Part shown: one piece after another, positions 1 through 13,949 of the stretch
Position numbering within the stretch: position 1 is the first letter of the stretch
Layout: every line of letters starts with the position of its first letter
NCBI GenBank assembly: GCA_951406725.2
Contig: OX597821.1
Coordinates: 66,774,001 to 66,838,000, forward strand
Length of the DNA stretch: 64,000 nt
Source of the DNA: Octopus vulgaris
Taxonomy: Eukaryota
Direction of reading: 5' to 3'
Translations under genes and position numbers: made by a program
Notes under the pieces: model-generated
What the model was told of the DNA's origin: nothing
Database searches by the model: none
The model's input: the letters and a program-made list of their open reading frames with translations, nothing else

Positions 1-1143
1 ATGATCTGTCACAAACTGCGTGGTCTCGGCATAGGCGGGAAACTTGGAGAGTGGCTGCACAACTTCCTAAAAGACAGAAAACAGGCAGTTGTGAGCAATG
101 GAGCCACCTCCAAGGAAACGCAAATAACAAGCGGTGTCCCACAGGGCACTGTCTTGGGGCCACTGATGTTCATAGTGGCCCTTTCAGACATGCCTTCAGT
201 TGCTACGATGACCACCCTTGCTAGCTATGCAGATGACACAAAAGTCTCCCACGCAATACAAAACCCTGAAAATATTGCGCATCTGCAACATGAGCTGGAC
301 ACAATATACAGGTGGGCTGAGGACAACAACATGCAGTTTAATGCAGGTAAGTTCCAGGCCCTGCGCTACTGGCACACAAAGGTAAATGACGTGAAGACTG
401 GATACACTGGCCCAGGAAGAATTGCAATCCCTGAGTCAAAATCAGTGCGTGACCTGGGCATTGACATGAGCAATGATGCATCTTTCCAAATGCATATTGC
501 TAATCTGGTGATAAAATGCAGACTGCTAGCTGGATGGATTCTCCGAACTTTCAGAACAAGAGAGAAGGAGACACTGATGGTCCTATGGAAAACATTCGTC
601 CTCAGCCGCTTGGACTACTGCTCCCAAATTTGGTCACCACACAATATAAAACAAACAGCAGAACTCGAAGCAACTCAGAGAAGCTACACAAAGAAAATCG
701 TCTCAATGCAAAATGTGAGCTACAGGGAAAGACTGAAGGTATTAAACCTTTTCTCCCTGGAGCGGATGCGGGAGAGATATGCAGTGATATACATCTGGAA
801 AATCCTGGAGGGTCTTGTCCCAAACTTTGGCATTCAAAGTTACTCCAATCGCAGAACGGGGCGCCGCTGCGTGGTGCCAAGGATTCCAACATCACCATCA
901 AAATACAGGTCCAGATACTGCAACAGCTTGGGTTTCAGAGGACCACAGCTCTTTAACATCCTCCCTAAATGCCTGAGAGACTTACATGGTGTGGATGTGG
1001 GTTTCTTTAAAACTAAACTGGATCTCTTCTTGTTGGGAGTCCCAGATGAACCTACCTCACGACAGGAGACACAGATGCGGGTAGCAGCATCGAACTCCCT
1101 TGTTGATCAAGTGCCACGTATCAGAGGTGGATTCACAAACTAG
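1..1143 (+). CDS. Non-LTR retrotransposon ORF2 C-terminal part (reverse transcriptase), CR1-group LINE; the 5' part probably lies outside the window
   Basis: Open 380-aa frame with RT motifs SGVPQGTVLGP and YADDTK, plus CR1-type downstream motifs (WAEDNNMQFNAGK, SRLDYCSQIWSPH, LFSLERMRERY). It begins just after where the DFxKAFD motif would be, so M1 is probably internal. Confidence 0.92.
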   Translation: MICHKLRGLGIGGKLGEWLHNFLKDRKQAVVSNGATSKETQITSGVPQGTVLGPLMFIVALSDMPSVATMTTLASYADDTKVSHAIQNPENIAHLQHELDTIYRWAEDNNMQFNAGKFQALRYWHTKVNDVKTGYTGPGRIAIPESKSVRDLGIDMSNDASFQMHIANLVIKCRLLAGWILRTFRTREKETLMVLWKTFVLSRLDYCSQIWSPHNIKQTAELEATQRSYTKKIVSMQNVSYRERLKVLNLFSLERMRERYAVIYIWKILEGLVPNFGIQSYSNRRTGRRCVVPRIPTSPSKYRSRYCNSLGFRGPQLFNILPKCLRDLHGVDVGFFKTKLDLFLLGVPDEPTSRQETQMRVAASNSLVDQVPRIRGGFTN

Positions 1144-1216
1144 TGTAGCTCATTCAGCGGTGGTGCCCCAGCATGGCCGCGGCCTTCGGGCTAAAACATT
1201 TTTAAGGATTTAAGGA
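1..1216 (+). mobile_element. CR1-group LINE 3' portion with short 3'UTR and (TTTAAGGA)2 tail, abutting (TA)n
   Basis: ORF stop at 1141-1143; UTR motif GGTGGTGCCCCAGCATGGCCGCGGCCTTCGGGCTAAAAC (1159-1197); TTTAAGGA twice (1201-1216). Confidence 0.85.
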
Positions 1217-1257
1217 TATATATATATATATATATATTATATTTATATATATATTTG

Positions 1258-1290
<33 letters not shown>

Positions 1291-2607
1291 TATACATATG
1301 TATATGTATATATATATATATATGTATGTATATATATATGACATTTCCAGGATTCAAGAGAATCAGGTACTTAAATAGTGAAAGCACCAAGGTCAGGTCG
1401 GGGTAGCGCTATCGTGTACAAACAATATATAAGGACAAATACATCCTCATTAAAGTAAACACGGATTTGTTGGGTCGATAAGGCCATTCAGCACTGTATA
1501 CCTGTTCTTGAGAATTTCCAATGAATTCTTACCCGTTTTCACCTGATGGAAACGGTATTTTTCATGATGTAACACTCCTGTTCCGCCATAAAGAAAACAT
1601 GTCTGAAACAAGTGTAGTGAACCACAATCCATCTGTTGTTATTGATTATGGAAATATTTCATTTAATTTTTTCTTCAGTTGTTTTTCTTCTTAATTAATA
1701 TCCACATTAATTTTACTCTTAATTAGAAAAGTCGAAAATACATTTTGTGATGGTACTAACCATCACAAAATGTATTTCATGATAAAATTATTCTATGATT
1801 TTTCTACCTCATTTTATTTTCCTGAGCAGTTTCTGATTATGCAGCAAAATGTTGTTTCCTATAGTTTATTATTAATTCTTGCAGTTAAATGTATACACCT
1901 ACACAGACACAATATATTATATACCTACAGAGATTTACATAATAGTTAAACACATAAGCGCGTTCTTCCTCTGCTTTGCAGGTGCATGAAAAAAGAACGA
2001 AGATGATATTTGTCTGACTGTTTTGCCGTTTGTTGACAACTTGCTTTCCCAATCAAGACCACAGATTATTTATCAATTATATAAACTAGTAAGACAAAGA
2101 ACTATTACATCAGTGCATAACATTTTTTGCATAAGTGTCGTTTCGACATATTGTAAATAACAAAAGAATGCCTATGTTATATGCAACAATAGTGAATAAG
2201 AAATAGCCATTAGAAAACTTTTACCTGTAAGAATAAATAACAAGAAGGTGAACATATTTCTTACTCTTCATAATCCCAAACGCTCTTTCATTGATCATTC
2301 TCTCAGAAATTCCTTAACGTGTACGCTCCCTCCAAAATAATATATATCGATATGCTCTCAGAATACCATCAACCATTCCAGTTACTTATGCCCCGTAATC
2401 TTCATCTAAGACTGCTCTTTCCCTTATTTTTCCCTCTTTTATCCCTTTTTGGGGGACAAGACCTTTATTAAAATTAAATTCATAAATATTGTGTTGTTGG
2501 CTATATAAATTTCTTTTGATTTTGCTAAGATGATACTTTTTACTGTTTTACAAAACCATAAGGATAATCACGTTTTTAATGATACCCTCAACTAATTCTG
2601 GAACTTA

Positions 2608-2772
2608 AGCGTAGGCGTAGCTGTGTGGTATGTAGCTTGCTTACGAACCACATGGCTCCGGGTTCAGTCCCTCTGCGTGGCACCTTGGGCAGCTGTCTTC
2701 TACTGTAGCCTCGGGACGACCAAAGACTTGTGAGTGGATTTGGTAGACGGAAACTCAAAGAAGCCTCTCGTA

Positions 2773-2826
<54 letters not shown>

Positions 2827-3074
2827 TATGTGTGTGTGTGTGTATGTGTGTGTGTGTTTATGTTTGTGTATGTGTGTTTGTCCCCCCAGCATCGCTTGAC
2901 AACCGATGCTGATGTGTTTACGTCCTCGTAACTTAGCAGTTCAGCAAAATAACCGATAGAATAAGTACTAGGTTTACAAAGAATTAGTCCTGGGGTTTGT
3001 TTTGCTCTATTAAAGGCGGTGCTCCAGCATGGGAACAGTCACATGACTGAAACAAGTAAAAGAGTAAATGAGAG
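2608..3074 (+). mobile_element. tRNA-derived SINE family A, full length, with internal (TA)n(TG)n
   Basis: A-box-like TAGCTGTGTGG, B-box-like GGTTCAGTCCC, ACCTTGGGCAG segment, and tail GGCGGTGCTCCAGCATGG..CAGTCACATGACTGAAACAAGTAAAAGAG. About 13 homologous copies in the window. Confidence 0.85.
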
Positions 3075-3249
3075 TTACTTTTCACCATTTAAACGACTAT
3101 CATGTAAACAAAATCAGTAACAAAGACTGTCTCCAGTTACTGTCACCAAATGAATCTTTCTCTTTCTCGGATATCGTAGTAGCTTATTCCGATAAAATTT
3201 ACTGAAGAACATTGTTTTGTTTATGGTTTTCCCAAAAGGAACTCTCTCT

Positions 3250-5350
3250 TGATTATTTTTATTACATATAGAAATGATGTACCCATGAGATTGCTTCCTG
3301 AAAATATGGCTTACAGCACTGGATGGAATATTCATCGCATGCTTTCATCGCCTATTCGCAAACCTCATCCCTGTCCATGAGTTTGATAAACATGAATATA
3401 ATTTCCAATGAAAGCAGGATATCTACTAAATTGAAAAAATAAAAGAAAACTTATTTTCGATATCTTGTATCATTTGGAAAATGATAAACCCTTGGATTAC
3501 TTAAACTTTTGAGATAATTTCATGGAAAAGCTTTCAATGGAACATTCCGTTATGCAAACATTATAGAATGCAGAAAGAGGTTTGTTAGTTTTATACACAA
3601 TTTGTAAACTAATTGCTAAAATAGAAGAAAATGTTCGAAACTTTAGTGTTTGTCTATTTTGCTCTTACTGCACATCACACTATTCAATTGTCAGAGACTT
3701 GAGTAACAAAGGAACCGACAGTTCGCTCAATTCCTTTAATTAAGTCCACTGTTGGCAGAAGAATCGATAGGGAGGTCCAGAACATTGAAGAGGAATGCCC
3801 AGTTCAATTCAATCCAAGTATATTTTGTTACATCTATAAGAATCTAATTTAAAAGATGACGGTCTTCTCGCGGCTTCTGTGAGATTCTGAAGCGAGTACA
3901 AATTAAAGGAGGAAATGTAATTTGCTCATAAGATTAAAATGGAATGGTAAAGGACTAACTATTTATTTATAATTGGATTTACGTAAGCGTAAGCGTGAGC
4001 AATAATCTAAGGGAAAATATAATTTATTGTAGAACTAACAGTTCTACTGATACAGTTGAACAACACAAAGAATTCATCACTCATATGAGATAAGTTTTAC
4101 ATTCCGTCTCACAGGGAGCGCCTAAGTAGCAAAAATCTTAGGAGTGCATGTTCGTAATTCGCTTTCACTTGTCATAAGTTCTGAAAACTTCATCAAATTC
4201 CATGCCCTGCAAGATAGCTTGTAATAGTATACGTATGAAGAAAATAATGAAGAATTCCTGAAATGCTGGTATATAATTTCTCTCGTGTCTTATAAGGAGC
4301 CTCGAGGAAGAATTGTTGGCGCTGTGACAGAAAATATTTTTGGTAAGTATATTCTGAAAAATTAATTTATTAAACAAAATTTGATGGCTCAAGAGACAGT
4401 AATCTCATGGATAAATCGAAGCTATTGGTTCTGCTGCTGAATATCTCAGTTTAGTTTTAGCAAACTAATACATCGAGATTTTTATGATATCCAAACTTGA
4501 AGATGATCATAGAAGAACCGGAAGACGATTACCTTGACATTAAAGCAAAACAACTCAAGCAGACATAAAATGATATACGCGCAAGATTTAATAACCTGTT
4601 ACACCTCGTTATTTTGTATTGAATTTTGAATCCATTTGAAGTCCCCCACCCCCAGTTTGAAGCCGAAATTCAATAGATTTTGATTGATCTTGAGACTCAT
4701 AGAACTGAATGCTATCAGTTCAGTCAGTTCAGTTCCAAAAAATATTTGAATCAATACTGAGTTGCCAAATAAATTTACCGTATTATTGAGAAAAGCTGGA
4801 AAATTCTGCATTACCTTTGTATAAACATACTTGCTTGAACGCATGCTCAGAAGAATGGTTTCATTTTCAAAATCCAGAAATATAATAAATATTAGTTTCA
4901 AATTTTGGCACAAGACCAGCAATACCAGTAAAGTGAAAAGTCAATTACATCGATCCCAGTTCTCAACTAGTATTTATTCTATCGACACCAACACTGATGA
5001 AATGCGAGGTTGACCTCGAACTAATTTGAACATTTTGATTCTGCCAGATCGCCGCCTTGGAAACACAATACTGCGACACAAGAGACTGGCTTCGAATATT
5101 ACCCTCCAATTTCGAAACACTTATCATGGAAATCCCAAGGACACGAAGCTCAAGAACTGCATCAGATGTGACCGTGGTGATTTTCATTTACTAATTTTTT
5201 CAACAGTTTTTAGAGCATTTCAAAATATTCGCAGTTTTGGGGGTTCAACATGTATTATACTCTGTCTGTTCGTGATTTACTGAAGAGATGAATGGAAATA
5301 ATTTCCAAACCTTGTTTTAAAGAGGGCCCTGCTCAGGAACCTGAGAACAC
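3250..5350 (+). pseudogene. Highly decayed hAT (Buster/Charlie-type) transposase fossil, interrupted by a SINE fragment near 4960-5030
   Basis: Collinear degenerate peptides read across stops and frameshifts: KYG (~3302), IISNES (~3400), DKPLDY (~3483), IPLIKSTVGRRID (~3730), EEM*FA (~3910), ILNPF (~4622), KFCITFV*TYLLER (~4801), DRGDFHLL (~5170). They match the order of Buster motifs as I recall them (IPLSNxTVxRRID, WILNPF, FPSSYLVERGFS, RGDLRL). Confidence 0.62.
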
Positions 5351-5903
5351 CTTCTAAAGAGATCATCGGCAAAATTGGTCGTAATTGGCGGATCGGAAAG
5401 ATAAAGTAGCCTGCTGAATCCAGAATGATCTTTCAAGAAAAAATATGAATTGATACACTAAAATATACAAGTGTCTATTTTGATTTATACAAGGTAATTG
5501 TATTAAATATTTTGTATTTTATAAACATGTAGAATTTATTCAGTGCCTGTTTATTTAACAATTATTTTGTTTGTGTTGTTGTATAGTTTATACAGTTCTA
5601 TGTTTTAAATTTAAAAACTGTGACACGAACGTTGACACAAAATAATTAGAGCTCAGTTAGAATGTAAGAAACTTTGGTTCAAAGCGGAGGATAAAGATTT
5701 CCTAAACATGCTCACTGAAACAATGCTCAAACGAATGACGTGGGGTCGAATAATTGAGAAGAATGCTTAAAATATTTACTGCATGTAAGAATTTACATGC
5801 ACTGGTGAGCGAAGCTGTTCTGCAATTTTCTGGTAAAATATATAAATTCTTACTAAAGAAGTAAAATCATCAAACACATTTTATTTCATATATATATATA
5901 TAC

Positions 5904-6005
<102 letters not shown>

Positions 6006-6019
6006 TATATATATGGAAG

Positions 6020-7900
6020 CACTTACTACAACTAAAACCGACAAAGACCTGACAATCAAAGAAGCAGACAAAGGTAGTGCTTCAGTCCTGATGGACACAG
6101 GATACTATAAAAACCTAGCATTGTCCACACTATGAAAAAGTTGCAAATTATAGACAGCAAAAAAGCATTAAAAGATCTTGCATCTTTAATACTCAAACAT
6201 GGAAAAGGCAAGAAAAAGAAAATAACACAAACTTTAAATGCAAGCCAAGCCTTTTCTATGACCACCCACCAAATCCTCAAGAGTCAAATAATTACTAATG
6301 CCTGCAAATCAAATCCAGCTCTATACATAAATATCCCAACACCAGAAGACTTGAAATGAAGGCCGATTATAGCGAGCCCAGCCGGTGAAATACACCGCCT
6401 AAGCAACGTTCTGGATATACTATTGAAACCTTTCCTCAGATACATTAAAAGTTTCATTAGAGATGACCTGAAAATGCCAGAGCATCTACCAAATACCACA
6501 ACTAAGACGCACTATTAGTCTCCTTCGATGTTATCCACCTTTACACTAACATTCCACATGGCTACGGAATAGAGGCAATAAAATTCTGGTTAGAAAAATA
6601 CACCGAACTTATTCCGGACCGACTCAGACTTTTGTCATTGAATCCCTGAAGTTCGTCCTAGAAAACAATTATTTCCTATTCGATGCAACCTACTACCGCC
6701 AAAAATGCGGTATTGCGATTGGAACAAAATCAGTGCTTGTCCTTGCGAACCTAATAATGGGTTTCTTTGAATCTATCCTATATGAACTTTCGCCCCAAAC
6801 ATTAGGATCTCCATTCTACCAGTTTATAAGATAAAACTGGAAGAGGTATCTAAACGATTGTTTTATCATCTGGATAAACTTCTGGATTTCAAATCCACAC
6901 TGAACAATATAAACTCCAAAATTCAATTTACAATGGAATATAGCAAGGAACAGCTCCCATTTCTGGACATTTCGATTATTAAAAAATCTAACATGCAAAT
7001 TGCATCTGACATCTACTACAAACCAACAGACTCAAATCCGTATCTCATTTTCAGCTCATGCCATCCTAAACACACCAGAATACATATCTCAATCAATTCA
7101 GCAAAAAGGATCTGTACAATTTTATCTGACAAAACCACTCGGGAACTTCACCTACAAGACCTCAAAATAACTCTCATAGAACGTCAATACCCAACCGCAC
7201 TTATAGACCATGCAATTACACGTGCCAAGAAATTGGACACAAAGACACTAAGGACAACAAAACAAAACACCACACCTTGGTTTAAATCATTTCCATACAT
7301 ATCAACCCACAACTCCAGAATTAATGAAGCATACAACACAATTATACAAAATCTCCCCCTGGTCACTCAAGACCCGAAAATGTACAACACCCTAAATGCA
7401 CAAATGAAAAAGCAACACAAATCACTAAAGAGACTCCTAACAACTGCAAAACTATATTCAATACATACGATACCAACAGTTAAAAAATACCTACGACCTA
7501 ATTGTGGTACATACCCATACCTAACTGAAGGCTCGGAATTCACATTTCACCAAGGAGAAAAATTCTCAATTAAGACCAACTTCACATGTACTTCCCAGAA
7601 CCTTATCTATGTCCTAACCTGCTCAGGTTGTGGTCACAATTATGTGGGCTAAAGGCGCCTTACTTTGAAATGCAGAGTCACATTGCATAAAGAACAGATT
7701 AGTTCTCTTCAATACAGGCAGATAACCCTCAACGAACATATCGACAGATGCACAAGAAGTAAAACACCGAATTTCCATATCTTTCCATTATACCAATGCA
7801 AAGATTCAATCTCCTTACTAGATCGCCTAAACAAGGAAAACCTGTTCATACAAAAGAACAGACCACACCACACTTTAATATACAAACTTGTCTAACATTA
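6020..7900 (+). mobile_element. Penelope-like element (PLE), 5'-truncated and frameshifted: RT plus GIY-YIG endonuclease
   Basis: IKEADKGSASVLMD, RPIIASPAG, LVSFDVIHLYTNIP, GIAIGTK..LANLIMG, WKRYLNDCF (decayed YxDD), IQFTMEYSKEQLPFLDI, YYKPTD, and NLIYVLTCSGCGHNYVG (GIY-YIG with CxxC). Flanked by (TA)n. Confidence 0.9.
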
Positions 7901-8102
7901 CGTATTACTCTTTCAACAATTATACTGTGGTGTCAGTTGCCCCCCTTGCCACATGTTGCCTCTCTTTGTCCACTCTCTAGAATTATTCTTACTTTTCAAG
8001 CATCTAAAATGGAGAGACCCCTTTGCCACAAGAATTGAATATTTCACAATTATCCCTTAAAAAGCTAATTTAAATAGTGTTGGATATAACGATATCCATA
8101 AA

Positions 8103-8163
<61 letters not shown>

Positions 8164-8453
8164 ACATTTCTTTATAAAAAGGTATTAAACTTTGTGAAAC
8201 GAAGGCATTTCTCTTCCAGTTTTTATTTAATTTTTCCACATATTTTCAACACATAATTTTTCCTCGCGGCGTATACTGAATCTCCAGTATTTTTGGTCCT
8301 TTTATAGTTTAATATTTCTACTATATATATATATATACTAATATATATATACACTAATATACACACGCACACATACATATATACTACATATATAGATACA
8401 AACGTACATACATGCATATATACATATTTATGTGTGACATTCATTCATACTTG

Positions 8454-8487
<34 letters not shown>

Positions 8488-9759
8488 GCTGTAAAAATAA
8501 ATGTATATATGTATCTCCTTCTGTCTGTGAGTATATATATATATACCGAGAGAGAGAGAGAGAGAGAGAGAAGGGGAGATATGCACACTCATGAACACGC
8601 ACAGATACATCTTATCTGGTATCTAGTAGATTTTTCAGATGGTTACTGTTTCGGTCAGGAATAACTCTTTACTCTTTGACATCGTTGCTTTTTGAACAAC
8701 AAAGGCTTCTATATTTTTCCATTAAAAATTATGTAAAAAATAAAAGAAAATTATAGTGATATCAACGCATATCTGTGGTTGTTCGAAAAGCTTAAATGAA
8801 TCTGCCAGCATCAACTTTAATGTTCCTCAGAGATCACGCAGCGATGGCTTACTTAAATTTACTTAATATTGGTCGTCCTTTTGGTTTGATACTATCCAAC
8901 CCGTCAGCTTCGACTTTCTGTGTTCCTATATACTAAAAGAAAGAGTCTTTGAAGAATCTCAGTATGGGGAGCTAACAAAAGGCTCGCAGCTGGATCTGAG
9001 ACAATTCCTACAGTGTTCAGCATTACTGTTAGGAATACAGATACACTATAGAGTGAAACACGACAGGACTTCTCTAATATCCTGACGTAAGTCTAGAACA
9101 CTTTGGTAATTCGTGTTCTTTCACAGTTGGAATGCGATGAGAAACAAATGTACGTTGAATAAAGAATTCTTTAGTTAGAAGCCGAGTGTTTTTTTGTAAT
9201 GGATCTTCTCTTTACAGTGTGACAGAAAAATGTTGTTGTAATTACAGATGGTGTTTGGCCGTTTATACTTAAGTCTATCTGTGTATTGACAATGCTATTC
9301 AAATATGTTCATTCATTCGTTAAAGTGTACACACACATACACACACACACACACACACACAATGTACATATAGAGAGAATGAAAGAGGAAAGAGGAGGAA
9401 GCTTTCCGCCAAAGACCATAGTGATCGCATTGACACATGGAATTGCATAAAAGACATATTATGGAATTTATATCCCAGCCCCCTTCCCACATGTATGCAA
9501 GTACGTGTGTGCGTATGTGTGTGTACTGTGTATGTGTGCGCACGCATATGTGTGTGTATGTACTTATATATATATACATACACAGAGACACTGAGACACG
9601 TATATGTTACGTACGTGTGTATATATATTCATACATATACATATATATATACATATATACATATATATACATATATTTATACATATATACATATATAGAG
9701 AGAAAGCGACAGAGAGAGAAAGACAGACAGATAGAAACAGAAACAGACAGACACACAGA

Positions 9760-9780
9760 CAGATAGACAGATAGATAAAT

Positions 9781-9823
<43 letters not shown>

Positions 9824-9840
9824 TAGATAGATAGATAGAC

Positions 9841-9910
<70 letters not shown>

Positions 9911-9912
9911 GT
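9760..9912. repeat. (TA)n plus (GATA)n microsatellite
   Basis: Direct inspection. Confidence 0.95.
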
Positions 9913-9987
9913 AGTTCCATTTATCCGAATTCAAATCATATTCTTATTTCTTTCGTTTCCAGATTGCTACCAAAATACAAAGAAAAC

Positions 9988-10040
<53 letters not shown>

Positions 10041-10371
10041 ATATAGAAATAGGGAGAGGGCGAGATCGCGTGTATTATGTATTTATTCGATCACAAAGAA
10101 TGAACGACCAAATTTCCCTTAATAACTTGACAGTAATCTTACACAAGCCAAGAGACAAAGAATAACGTAGTTCTAGATAAATCAAATAAACGGTTGATCA
10201 TAATTCGAATGCTTAGATGATAGGTTTGTTCTGTTAAGTTTCAATTGGGTCTGAATTACAATAACAACCAGCTCATTATTGTTTTGTACCCGAATCAAAA
10301 AAAATTCAACAGTTGCAATCCTATCCCCCAGACTTCAAAGCAGTAAATAATTAAATGGATGAAAGTATATC

Positions 10372-10579
10372 CAGTAGAACCTCGGTTTACGAACAACTCT
10401 GATCACAAATAAATCATGCTTTATCTCCTGTCTTTCTCATATTCATTTAATACTGCAATATCTCGGTTTACGAATGCCTCTGATCACGAATAAAACGTGC
10501 TTTATATATATATATATATATATAATATAAAGCACGATTTATTCGCGATCAGAGTTGTTCGAAAACCGAGGTACTACTG
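10372..10579. mobile_element. MITE with ~50-bp TIRs and CAGT termini (pogo/Tigger-like)
   Basis: CAGTAGAACCTCGGTTTACGAACAACTCTGATCACAAATAAATCATGCTTTA matches the reverse complement of 10528-10579. A partial third TIR copy lies at ~10461-10504, and TA follows the right end. Confidence 0.75.
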
Positions 10580-10640
10580 TAATTCAATTGATACCACATC
10601 AGGCTCCAAGCATTACTGCCGTTTTGATATTTATTGTCGA

Positions 10641-10952
10641 GTGAAGGTGTATGGCTTAGTGGTTAGGGTATTAAGCTCACGATTGTAAAATCATGCGTTC
10701 GATATCCGGTGACACGTTGCGTTCTTGTGCAAGATACTTCCTCTCACGTTGCTCCAGTTCACTCAGCTGGCAGCAATGAGCTGTACATTTCCAACGATCA
10801 TCCTTTGTCACATTTTCTGTCACGATGAATCTCCCCGAGAACTAAACGTGTCTTTGGAATGCTCAGTCACTTGCCTGTTAATTTCTCGAGTAGGCTGTTC
10901 CATTGATCGGTTAGGCTTGAACCTACGTCGTCGTAATAGGCAGAGTACCAGT
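10641..10952 (+). mobile_element. tRNA-derived SINE (head D + tail X)
   Basis: TGGCTTAGTGGTTAGGG A box and GTTCGATATCC B box. The head is shared with the 29544 copy; the tail (GAATCTCCCCGAGAACTA...CGTCGTCGTAA) is shared with the 25835 and 53800 copies. Confidence 0.75.
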
Positions 10953-11099
10953 ACACACATTGAACCAGACTCAAATCAGAAACCGTCTCAGGAATTTTGT
11001 GTATTCAGCATATTCTTATATTCTTAAACCCATCACCTTTGGCTATCTTACTCCACTCTTCTTGACACTGAGCTCTCTTTTCTACTCATCTCTAATTGG

Positions 11100-11697
11100 A
11101 TCGTTGCTTTTTTTTCTCATTATTTCATACATCACCTTGATATTACATAATGTTTCCCTGAGGGAAGGTATTCCTGCCCCGAGTTTTGTTGCTTTTGAAT
11201 TGTCATCGGTGCTTCAGTAATTGGGTTTTTTACCTCCTCGCAGACCCGATTTTACCTCTGAAAAATGAAGGTCCATATTATTCTGGCATCTACCTTTTGA
11301 ACTGTCCAACATAAGAGACCCAGCAGGAGTGTCAACTCATCTGGTTTAACTCTCAATGTTGTGAAACACATGTAACACACAGGCTACTTCACCCCAACAC
11401 AGAGAGGGAGAGAGAGAGAGCAAACCCTGTTTGTATCTAGCATAGAGACACATAAGATAGCGATTATTATTTTTGCTGTTCTGGTTTTCTATGTTGTCTC
11501 TCACATCTGCAAATTTACATTTAAGATTCAAATTCCTCAACAGCTTTATGCATTGATCTATAACCCTCTGGGATCCGAGGAATTAAACAGTGCAACAGGA
11601 GGTGGTCTGTTTCTTAGAGCGTTACGTGACATGGTGGGCATATCGCAACTCATGATTTCTCTACTGGGTCTGCTTTGGAAGTCCCTCAGTCTGGTAT
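11100..11697 (-). pseudogene. Possible decayed PLE GIY-YIG region
   Basis: The minus strand reads HSCWVSYVGQFKR near 11335-11295, resembling CxxxYVGQT. It ends at a TA microsatellite. Confidence 0.35.
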
Positions 11698-11820
11698 ATA
11701 TATATATATATCGTCGTCGTCGTATATATATATATATCATATACACACACACACACACTCACATATATACATATAAACTAGATAGATAAATAAATAAATA
11801 GCTAGACGGTTACATACATA

Positions 11821-12348
<528 letters not shown>

Positions 12349-12450
12349 CGTTCACTACTTTGTGATTATACAATGGAAAAGGGAGAGCAGTTAAATGACA
12401 AGAGCAACATGATGCGAACATTTCTTCTCTTGGTATCGTTATTTGACGCT

Positions 12451-12688
12451 AAGGCGGCGAGCTGGCAGAATCATTAGCACGCCGAGCGAAGCGCTTAGCG
12501 GTATTCCGTCTGCCACTACGTTCTGAGTTCAAATTCCGCCGAGGTCGACTTTGCTTTTCATCCTCTCGGGGTCGATTAAATAAGTACCAGGTACGCACTG
12601 GGGTCGATATAATCAACTTAATCCGCTTGTCTGCCCTGGTTTGTCTTCTCTGTTTGTAGCCCCTTGTGGGTAGTAAAGAAATAGGTAT
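12451..12688 (+). mobile_element. tRNA-derived SINE family B, monomer
   Basis: GGCGGCGAGCTGGCAGAATCATTAGC head, GAGTTCAAATTCC B box, central TTTCATCCTCTCGGGGTCGATTAAATAAGTACCAG, and tail ending GTAAAGAAATAGGTAT. Confidence 0.85.
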
Positions 12689-13239
12689 CCTTATTCGACG
12701 CGTTATAAAAGGAGATACTTAAACAGTTGGTATATGCAGTGATAGAGATTTCAATCCCATACGTGTTCTATTTCTTAATACTTTACCGAAATTCTGTTTA
12801 TACTTGAATTACGTTTTGATAGGAAAATTCCATTAATATTGTTCCTACTGAATTGAGACAAGTTATTTAACAATAGTAAAGTTGGTTATTTTTGTTTTGT
12901 TTTATATGTTTACCCCAGAGCAGTCCTTCCTATGATCAGAAATTACGAAGATGATTCATTTTTGACCTTAAACTTAAAACATTACAATGAAATGTAACAC
13001 GCTAGACATTTTCAGTCATATTTTCAAATGATTTTTGTGTGATTCTTTTTTTTCTTACTTTTAAATTGCTAAAACCTTCAAAATGTGACGTTAAGTAGAA
13101 GTCATGTTTAACACTATTGTCTGGCCCTTGGGTGACGTTAGTGAAGAGAATTCTGCATCGGCCTTCGATCTCGGGATAAAGTCTTCCTCATTCCAGCCCT
13201 TCAGTCTCGGAAGCTATTAAAGAAAGCGAGTGTCCATGT

Positions 13240-13670
13240 GCATGTATATATGTATGTGTGCGTAGGCGAATGTCTATGTGTGTGTGTATGTGTGTATGTA
13301 TGCGTGTGTGTGTGCGTGACTGTATGTATGTTTGTGAATGTGAGTGTATGTGTGTTCGTGTGTGTATAGTTGTTCATGTGTGTGTGGGGGGGGACTATGT
13401 GTGTGAGGGTGTGTGTGTGGCTGTGTGTGTATGTGTGTGAATGTGTGTATGTGTGTGAGTGTGTATGAGTGTGTGTGTGTGTGTGAGTGTATGTAAATGT
13501 GTGAGTGTGTGTCTGAGAGTCTGTGTGTGAGTGTTTGAGTGTGGATGTGTGTGTGTATGTGTGTGAGTGAGTGAGAGTAATTGCGTGAGTGTGTGAGTGT
13601 TCGTGTGCGTGAGTGTGTGCGTATATGTGTGTGCGTGTGTGTGTGAGTATATGGATGGATGTGTGTCTGC
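13240..13670. repeat. Degenerate (TG)n/(TGAG)n microsatellite
   Basis: Direct inspection; it explains the His/Thr-rich ORF 13201-13704. Confidence 0.9.
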
Positions 13671-13949
13671 TTAGGAATATATTGCTTATAATGTCGTTAT
13701 GCATTGTTTAATATTCTGAAGTCGGCTCATAATTAATATAAGACAAATAAATTATGTCTGGTTGCTGTACGCACCTTTGTTAAATATGATTCCACTATTG
13801 CAACCAGAATATTTCCACAATAAAGACAACACAATACACGCATTGCAAATGAACCTAGACTGAAATATAGCAAGAAGACTATACAAATGGATAATGCGAG
13901 CTGTCAGGCCTGCACTTGAAGCACAGCTGTGTTGAATTAGTGTGTTACG

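Noticed and set aside
516-956. Alternative-frame 146-aa ORF within the LINE
   Set aside because: It is a shadow frame of the RT ORF with no recognisable motifs.
1520-1575. Hammerhead-like words (CTGATG, GAAACGGTA; GAAAACGGGTAAGAA on -)
   Set aside because: I could not assemble a complete core with stems I and II.
1960-2090. Polypyrimidine tract plus CAG acceptor at 1981
   Set aside because: All three frames stop within 12 codons and there is no supporting upstream exon.
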